From an uncultured Planctomycetota bacterium (GTDB lineage: Bacteria > Planctomycetota > PUPC01), in assembly GCA_964505325.1 (NCBI GenBank), contig CAZDHT010000001.1, positions 10,430 through 74,429 of the forward strand: DNA of 64,000 bases, written 5' to 3'. A model generated the notes under the pieces. It saw nothing but the letters and a program-made list of their open reading frames with translations. It had not been told where the DNA came from and made no database searches. This document shows positions 57,886 to 64,000 of the stretch, in pieces. The position numbers and the translations under genes were made by a program. Each line of letters opens with the position of its first letter. Position 1 is the stretch's first letter.

Positions 57886-58932
57886 ATGTTGGACAAACTG
57901 AACAAGCTGCGCGACGAAGCCCTGGCCGCCATCACCGCCGCCAACGGCACCCGCTCGCTCGAGGACGTGCGCGTCAAGTACCTCGGCCGCAAGGGCCTGC
58001 TTCGCGGCCTGCTCGGCGGCCTCCCCAAGCTGTCGGACGGTGAAAAGCCCGCGGCCGGCAGACTGGCCAACCAGGCCAAGCAGGCAATCACGGCCGCCTT
58101 CGACGAACGCCGGGCGGCGCTCCTCCGCGCCGCGCCGGCGCGGACCGGACCGGCCATCGACGTAACCGTGCCGGGCACCAGGCGCCAGCTTGGCACCACG
58201 CACCCCATCACCCAAGTCTACGACGAGCTGGTCGAGGTATTCGCCCGGCTCGGATTCGAAACCGCCTACGGCCCGGAGATCGAAGACGAATACCACAACT
58301 TCGAAGCCCTGAACATCCCGCCCGATCACCCCTCTCGGGACGGCTTCGACACGTTTTACCTGGACCACGGGGGCCGGCACGGCCTGGAGCAGAGCGGCTC
58401 CGCCCCTCTGCTCCGCAGCCACACTTCACCGGTGCAAATCCGCGTGATGGAGACGCGCCAGCCGCCCATCCGCATCGTCGTTCCCGGCAAGGTCTTCCGG
58501 CCCGACACCGTCGACGCCAGCCACTACCCGATGTTCTTCCAGCTCGAAGGATTGTACGTGGACGAGGGCGTCTCGTTCGCCGACCTCAAGGCGTGCCTGA
58601 CCATGGCCATGCAGGAACTGCTCGGCGAGGCGACCCGGACCCGATTCCGCCCATCGTTCTTCCCGTTCACCGAGCCGAGCGCCGAAGTCGACGTCTCGTG
58701 CCCCTTCTGCGGGGGCGAGGGCTGCAAGGTCTGCGGCCAGTCCGGCTGGATCGAATCCCTCGGCGCCGGCATGGTCGACCCCGAAGTGTTCCGCCACGTC
58801 GGTTACGACTCTGAGAAGTACACGGGCTTTGCTTTTGGCATGGGGATCGACCGCATCGCCATGCTCAAGCTCGGCATCAACGATATCCGGCTGTTCTACG
58901 AAAACGACGTGCGTTTCCTCCAGCAGTTCTGA
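57886..58932 (+). CDS. pheS: phenylalanyl-tRNA synthetase alpha subunit (not followed by pheT)
   Basis: Class II motifs (…RSHTSPVQIR…, …FPFTEPSAEVDV…GWIE…GMGIDRIAML). Confidence 0.9.
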   Translation: MLDKLNKLRDEALAAITAANGTRSLEDVRVKYLGRKGLLRGLLGGLPKLSDGEKPAAGRLANQAKQAITAAFDERRAALLRAAPARTGPAIDVTVPGTRRQLGTTHPITQVYDELVEVFARLGFETAYGPEIEDEYHNFEALNIPPDHPSRDGFDTFYLDHGGRHGLEQSGSAPLLRSHTSPVQIRVMETRQPPIRIVVPGKVFRPDTVDASHYPMFFQLEGLYVDEGVSFADLKACLTMAMQELLGEATRTRFRPSFFPFTEPSAEVDVSCPFCGGEGCKVCGQSGWIESLGAGMVDPEVFRHVGYDSEKYTGFAFGMGIDRIAMLKLGINDIRLFYENDVRFLQQF

Positions 58933-58947
58933 TCGGAGAGCGCCCTC

Positions 58948-61900
58948 ATGCCCCCCAGCAAACAGCGTTCAGGCAAGAAGCCGAGGCCAGGCAGCAAGCG
59001 GAAAACCCCTGGCAAACGAGGGCCTCTCAGCCCGAGACAGCGCAGGGAGCGCATGCAGAAAGCCGGGCTGGTCGTCCTGGCCGCGCTTCTCATCGCCGTG
59101 TTCACCATCCCCATCGGAAGAATGGCCACCCGGAGGCGCCAGGAAGCGTTGGGGACCCTCTACGGCAAAGAGATCACGCGCGAGGCGCTGGAGGAATTCA
59201 CCGCGCGCTGGCGGGCCTTCGGCCTGCATCTGTTCGGCAACGGGGCGTTCGACACCTACCTGTTGCTCCTGGCCGCCCGCGAGTGGGGCGTCAAGGTCGG
59301 CTCCGGCGCCATCGCGGAAATGCTGACACAGGACCCGCCCCAGACCCGGACGATCGAATACGTCATTGCAGACCCCGAGAAGCTGGCGGAGGGCATAAAC
59401 CCGACCGACGCCGAACTCGAGGCATACTACAACCGCGGCTGGAAAGACAAGTCCCGCAAGTTCGAAGACGTGAAAGAGGACGTCCGACGCAAGCTCAAGG
59501 ATAAGCTGGCCACGCAGGCGGCGGAAAAGCGCATTCGCGAGGCGCAGGGCCGCATCGCCAGTGCGCCCCGCGAGGGCGGGCGCTGGCGCGATGCGCTGCG
59601 AAGCGCCGCGACAGAACTCAAGTTGGATTACGACCAGTCCGAGCCGTTCACAGAGCAATACGCCGCGGCCACGGGCAGGGCGCTCTCCTACCTCCGCCTC
59701 ATCGCGCTCGCCGAGGGCGCGGCCGAAGACACACGGCTGCCCGCCGGCCTCGCCAAGGCCATGTTCCAGGCCCCTATCGGGCAGCCCAGCGGGATCCTGA
59801 ACTCCGCCGGCAAGCACTTCATCTTCCGCGCCATCAAGAGCGGCGCCGGGTTCACCTCCGACGGCAAGCTGATGGACGAGGACTGGGGCTGGCGTCACGG
59901 GAAGTTCATGAAGCTCGAGAAGTACGCCACCTACGGCGACCTGGTCAAGGCCAAGCGCCGCAGGGACGTATCCGAGGCCAAGGAGGCGTTCGAGGAGTAC
60001 CTCACCGTCAAGAAATTCATCGCCCTCACCTGCGGGGGAGCCGCCGCCGGGGCCCGGATGACCCGCGACGCCCGCGAACAGTTCCTCGCGTACGAGAACG
60101 AACGGGTCAAGGGGCTGATGGTGGACGTACCGGTCCAACCCTTCCTCGCGGAGAAGCCGCCCACCCAGCAGGAGGTCGAGAACTTCTACAACGCACGGAA
60201 GCAGGTGGCCGGCTATCCGACACAGCGCAACCGCTTCCCGCTGAACTTCGGCTACCTCCAGCCGGATAAGATACAGATCGAGTACGTCATCGCAGACCCC
60301 GCCGCGTTCGAGCACCTGGTCAACGTGACCGATGCCGAGGTGCGCGATCACTACGAAAAACACAAGGACGCCCAATTCCTGGCCGACGACGGCAAGACCC
60401 CCAAGCCCCTCCATGAGGTACGCGAGTTGATACGCAAGGAGCTCCGGAGCTCCGCCGCGGGGCGCAAGGCCGGCGATGCCCTGAACAACGTAAAGAAGGG
60501 GGTGGAGACAGAGAGCGCAGACTCGCGCCAGCTCGAAGCCGCCGCGCGAGTTGCGGGGCTGCAATACTTCAGGTCGCCGCCGTTCGCGCAGCACCAGATC
60601 CGAAGCGCCGTGCCCCAACTTGCAGACGCCCCCGGATTCCCCTCCGCCGCCTTCGCCACGAACATGCGCCCGGCCCCTTTCAAGGACCGCCAAGGCGAAG
60701 AAGCACTGCGCCGGCCGGTGAGCCCGACGCTCAACAGCGGAGGCAGACTTTTCTTCTTCCGCCTGCTCAAGTACGAGGACCCCCACGCCGTGGATTTCTC
60801 GCAGCTCAGCCCGGTCGAGCAGTGGCGGGCCCGCCAGGAGTGTGTGCAGGCCCGCGCGGTCCGGAAGGCCGCCGAGGCGGCGCGAAATATCAAGGGCGCG
60901 ATCGCCCGCGAGCTGCTCGGCACCATCGCCGCCGAAAACCGGTTGAGTGTTCAGAGCGCCGTCGTGCAGTCCGTCGAGCAGGCCGAGGGCGCGTCCCCCG
61001 TTCCGCCGGTGCTGGCGGAGCACGTGAGGAAGAAGCTGAAGCGATTCCCGGGCGAGATCGCCTGCCTCGTCAGGGACGGCGAGACGTGCTACACCGCCGT
61101 CACCACCAAGATCGACCGCGAGAAAGACGACGTCCACATCGAATACCTCCGCTTCAAGCCGGAGCAGTTCGTGGCCGTAATCCGTCCGCCACAGCGCGAG
61201 ATCGACGCCCGGGCGGCGCGGATCCGCGACGCCGAACTGGAGAAGAAAAAGAAACCCGAGGACGACAAGAAGAAGGAAGAACCGGACGAGACCAAGCCGG
61301 ACCCGACGGAGGAACAGATTGAGAAGGCGAAAGCGGAGCTTATTAACGAGTGGAAACAGAAGGACTTACGGGTCCGCTACCTCGAGTATCTGCACCAGGG
61401 ACTGACCGCTGCCTTCCGGAAGCACCTCGACGTTCACCCGCTGGAACTCGACCGTGAGATTCCCCTCGAGCGCCGAACCACGTTGACGTTCTTCCACATC
61501 GGCGACACACATCCCTTCGGCGGGGACAAGGGTCTGATCAAGGCGGCGTTCCAGCTCAAGCCCGACACGCTCAGCGGGCCGCTGGTCGGCGACTCCGCCG
61601 CCGCTGTAATGATGCTCGTCCCCCCCGAACGCGGCAAGCCGGAAACAGCCAACCCGCAGACCCGCAAAGAGAGGAAACTCGAGTTCATCACCGTGCGCCC
61701 GAGCGACTACGATCCGCTGGACGTGACGGTGACCGACGCCGGCGCGCGGAAGTACTACGACGCGCACAAGGAGGAATTCCGGCCGCCCGCCCGCGCGAAG
61801 GCCGAGTTCCTCTTCGCATCGTTCGACCGCGCCGCCGCCGCCATCAAGCCCGCCATCAACGAGAAGGAGGTCGAAGACTACTACCGGCGGAACCGGAACA

Positions 61901-63723
61901 CCGCGTACCAGAAACGGGAACTCGACGCCGAACTCCGAAAGACCATCCGCTCGCTGCTCGCAAAGAACCGGGCCCGCGCCACCGAGGCGAAGCTTGCCAT
62001 CGAGGCCGCCCGCGCCAAAGTGGGCGACAAGCCCCTCGCCAAGGCGGCGGAACTCCCCGGCGGCCGGATGAAGCTGACCGGCGGCACCACCCCTGTCCTG
62101 GGGCCGGACGACAACAACATCCCCGGGGTGGGCTATGCTCCTTCTCTGGTCAAGGCGATCATTACGGCCAAGAAGGGTGAGCTGAGCAAGCCGGTGCAGA
62201 CCGACAGCGGCTGGGCCATTTTCCGGGTGACCGAAAAGCCGGAAAGGGCTCTGCCGGAGTTCAAGGCCGTGGTCGCGGCGGCGCGCGGCAAGGAGCGGCA
62301 ACGCCGGCTCGCGGAGAAGGCCAGGAAGGCCCTCGAGAAAGTGCGGGCCGAGGTCGCCAAGAAGAAGACATCGATCGAGCAGGTCCTCAAGCGCCCCGAA
62401 TTGGCCGCGGGCCTCCCCTACCCCCGCGGCGTGTGGGTCGTCACCACCGGGTACGCCGACGCCAAACGGGCCGCCGAACACCACCGCATGACCAACGCCC
62501 TTCGCAACGCGGCGTTCAGGGTCAAGGCCGGCCAGACCACGGCGATCATCGAAACCAAAGACGGCATTCAGTTCGCCCGGGTCATCGACGCCAAAGCCAG
62601 CCAACTAGTGAAGGTCCACTATGTATTGGTCCCCGCAAGCCTTTACACCCCGATGGTCAAGATCAGCGACAAGGAGGCCAAAGAGCACTACGACGCCAAC
62701 AAGGCGAAGTACAAGCGCCCGCGTTACTGCGAGCTGGAATATCTGCTCGCCGACACGTGGCGCCTGAGCCGCGCCATTGCGCCATCCGACGAAGATATCA
62801 AGAAGACCTACGAACAGCTCAAGCACCAGTTCGTGGACTCAGATGCCTCCGCGGCTGGCGCTACGGTCTATCGGCCGCTGAAAGACGTCCGCTGGGACGT
62901 CAGCGACAAGCTGGCCGCGCATCGGGCGCGACAACAGGCCGACGAGTTGGCCACGAAGGCCCTGGCGGCCCTCGCCAAGGACAAGGCCGAGTCGCTCGAG
63001 GCCATCGCCGGCGAGATCAAGAAGCTCCAGCACGTCTCCTCCGCCGAATACACGCCCGGCGGCGAAGATAATCCGGGCGCGCTCGGCGACGTCCCGGGCC
63101 TGGACGCCTTCCTCGACTCCGCCAAGGCCGGCGACACCAGCCCCGCCCTGCGCGGTCCGAGCGGGCCGCTCGTGGTCCGCCTGACCAAAATCCATCCGGC
63201 GGAGGTCCCGCCCCTCGAGAAGGTCAAGCGAAAAGTCAAGGAAGACGTCGCGGTCCCGCGCGGCCTGAGCAAGGCCAAGGAGATGGTGGAGCAGGTCATC
63301 GCCAAGATCAAGAAGCCGGCGACGGCCGATTCGATGGGAGACGCGGCCGCCCTGTTCTCCGTACACACCAAGGAGCAGCATCGCCTGGCCGCGCGCGACT
63401 CCCTGGAGGTCAGCCGGAGCCAACTCCAGTACTTGGTCGAGCAGGCCCTGAAATTCCGCCCGAGCGCGGTCTTCCGGATGGTGGTGTTGGGCAGGCTGTT
63501 CGAACTTCGCTTTGGCGAGATCAGCCCCCCGCTCGTCGCCGGCGAGCGGGCAGACATCTGTTCCCTTGCCATCCTTACCCAGTGCACCCCGCCGCCGCCC
63601 CTCTCGGTGCAAAGGGCCGCCGAGCAGGACGCTATCAACAGCCAAGCAGTACTCGAGCAGCGGCTCCGCAACCTGCTCACGGAGATCAGAAAACAGGCGC
63701 GGGGCCCCTCATCAGGCCCGTAA
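58948..63723 (+). CDS. giant (1591 aa) membrane-anchored periplasmic chaperone-like protein with >=5 tandem PpiD/SurA-N-like modules and a parvulin-like segment
   Basis: N-terminal basic tail and TM helix ([15 protein letters not shown]). Recurrent (V)TDAE(L/V)..(Y/H)Y..(H/N)K..(F/Y) modules at ~aa 160, 460, 860, 910 and 1200. [12 protein letters not shown] parvulin-like stretch; K/E-rich linkers. Confidence 0.55.
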   Translation: MPPSKQRSGKKPRPGSKRKTPGKRGPLSPRQRRERMQKAGLVVLAALLIAVFTIPIGRMATRRRQEALGTLYGKEITREALEEFTARWRAFGLHLFGNGAFDTYLLLLAAREWGVKVGSGAIAEMLTQDPPQTRTIEYVIADPEKLAEGINPTDAELEAYYNRGWKDKSRKFEDVKEDVRRKLKDKLATQAAEKRIREAQGRIASAPREGGRWRDALRSAATELKLDYDQSEPFTEQYAAATGRALSYLRLIALAEGAAEDTRLPAGLAKAMFQAPIGQPSGILNSAGKHFIFRAIKSGAGFTSDGKLMDEDWGWRHGKFMKLEKYATYGDLVKAKRRRDVSEAKEAFEEYLTVKKFIALTCGGAAAGARMTRDAREQFLAYENERVKGLMVDVPVQPFLAEKPPTQQEVENFYNARKQVAGYPTQRNRFPLNFGYLQPDKIQIEYVIADPAAFEHLVNVTDAEVRDHYEKHKDAQFLADDGKTPKPLHEVRELIRKELRSSAAGRKAGDALNNVKKGVETESADSRQLEAAARVAGLQYFRSPPFAQHQIRSAVPQLADAPGFPSAAFATNMRPAPFKDRQGEEALRRPVSPTLNSGGRLFFFRLLKYEDPHAVDFSQLSPVEQWRARQECVQARAVRKAAEAARNIKGAIARELLGTIAAENRLSVQSAVVQSVEQAEGASPVPPVLAEHVRKKLKRFPGEIACLVRDGETCYTAVTTKIDREKDDVHIEYLRFKPEQFVAVIRPPQREIDARAARIRDAELEKKKKPEDDKKKEEPDETKPDPTEEQIEKAKAELINEWKQKDLRVRYLEYLHQGLTAAFRKHLDVHPLELDREIPLERRTTLTFFHIGDTHPFGGDKGLIKAAFQLKPDTLSGPLVGDSAAAVMMLVPPERGKPETANPQTRKERKLEFITVRPSDYDPLDVTVTDAGARKYYDAHKEEFRPPARAKAEFLFASFDRAAAAIKPAINEKEVEDYYRRNRNTAYQKRELDAELRKTIRSLLAKNRARATEAKLAIEAARAKVGDKPLAKAAELPGGRMKLTGGTTPVLGPDDNNIPGVGYAPSLVKAIITAKKGELSKPVQTDSGWAIFRVTEKPERALPEFKAVVAAARGKERQRRLAEKARKALEKVRAEVAKKKTSIEQVLKRPELAAGLPYPRGVWVVTTGYADAKRAAEHHRMTNALRNAAFRVKAGQTTAIIETKDGIQFARVIDAKASQLVKVHYVLVPASLYTPMVKISDKEAKEHYDANKAKYKRPRYCELEYLLADTWRLSRAIAPSDEDIKKTYEQLKHQFVDSDASAAGATVYRPLKDVRWDVSDKLAAHRARQQADELATKALAALAKDKAESLEAIAGEIKKLQHVSSAEYTPGGEDNPGALGDVPGLDAFLDSAKAGDTSPALRGPSGPLVVRLTKIHPAEVPPLEKVKRKVKEDVAVPRGLSKAKEMVEQVIAKIKKPATADSMGDAAALFSVHTKEQHRLAARDSLEVSRSQLQYLVEQALKFRPSAVFRMVVLGRLFELRFGEISPPLVAGERADICSLAILTQCTPPPPLSVQRAAEQDAINSQAVLEQRLRNLLTEIRKQARGPSSGP

Positions 63724-63734
63724 GGTGCGCAGCG

Positions 63735-64000
63735 GTGGCCGACAAGTTCATCCACGTCAAGGGCGCCCGGGAGCATAACCTCAAGAATATCGACGTCCGC
63801 ATTCCGCGCGACAAGCTGGTCGTGATCACCGGCATCAGCGGGTCGGGCAAGTCGTCGCTCGCCTTCGACACCATCTTCGCCGAAGGGCAGCGGCGCTACG
63901 TCGAGAGCCTCTCGTCGTACGCCCGTCAGTTCCTCGAACAGATGGAAAAGCCCGACGTAGAGTCGATCGAAGGCTTGCCGCCCACCATTTCGATCGAGCA
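63735..64000 (+). CDS. uvrA: excinuclease ABC subunit A, 5' fragment (continues beyond window)
   Basis: Hand translation from GTG 63735: (M)[68 protein letters not shown]…; UvrA N-terminus with Walker A. Confidence 0.8.
   Translation, partial: MADKFIHVKGAREHNLKNIDVRIPRDKLVVITGISGSGKSSLAFDTIFAEGQRRYVESLSSYARQFLEQMEKPDVESIEGLPPTISIE

Overview
This 64-kb window is high-GC (about 65–68% by eye) and dominated by a conserved translation and transcription core; most of the accessory content lies in the first 21 kb.

Core region, in order:
- A tRNA cluster with tuf: tRNA-Thr(TGT), tRNA-Tyr, tRNA-Gly and tRNA-Thr(GGT) followed by tuf. This is the same arrangement as E. coli thrU-tyrU-glyT-thrT-tufB.
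- rpmG, tRNA-Trp, secE, nusG, rplKAJL, rpoBC and rpsLG-fusA.
- A contiguous S10/spc/alpha block: rpsJ, rplD, rplW, rplB, rpsS, rplV, rpsC, rplP, rpmC, rpsQ, rplN, rplX, rplE, rpsN, rpsH, rplF, rplR, rpsE, rplO, secY, adk, map, infA, rpmJ, rpsM, rpsK, rpsD, rpoA and rplQ.
- tRNA-Val, thrS, infC, rpmI, rplT and pheS, then a giant chaperone-like gene and the 5' end of uvrA.

Upstream accessory content (first 21 kb):
- A TPR-parvulin protein and a lipoprotein.
- A same-strand cluster in which queE is translationally coupled to an AddAB-type helicase-nuclease pair.
- A GT28 glycosyltransferase, a zinc-ribbon protein and a DUF2062 protein.
- A Planctomycete-type DUF1559 pseudopilin.
- An unidentified 512-aa protein in a slightly GC-depressed island.
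- An ECF sigma factor, a putative anti-sigma factor, and Spy/CpxP-like and EF-hand proteins.
- CorA and a large secreted protein.
The DUF1559 pseudopilin and the GC level suggest Planctomycetota or a related lineage.

Main anomalies:
- An in-frame, roughly 240-aa insertion in the RpoB N-terminus with atypical low GC and a 10-G homopolymer.
- A low-GC HicB-like orphan gene wedged between rplL and rpoB, flanked by duplicated leader motifs.
- Two small repeat families at operon junctions: an approximately 85-nt element with a perfect GGCAGGCA-N4-TGCCTGCC palindrome (3 copies) and a 22-nt hairpin motif (3 copies).
- Tandem triplet leader repeats, including a 19-nt exact complementarity between the rplJ and rpoB leaders.
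- rplC (L3) missing from the S10 operon.
- A likely non-AUG start for infC.
- A 1591-aa multi-repeat PpiD/SurA-like protein.
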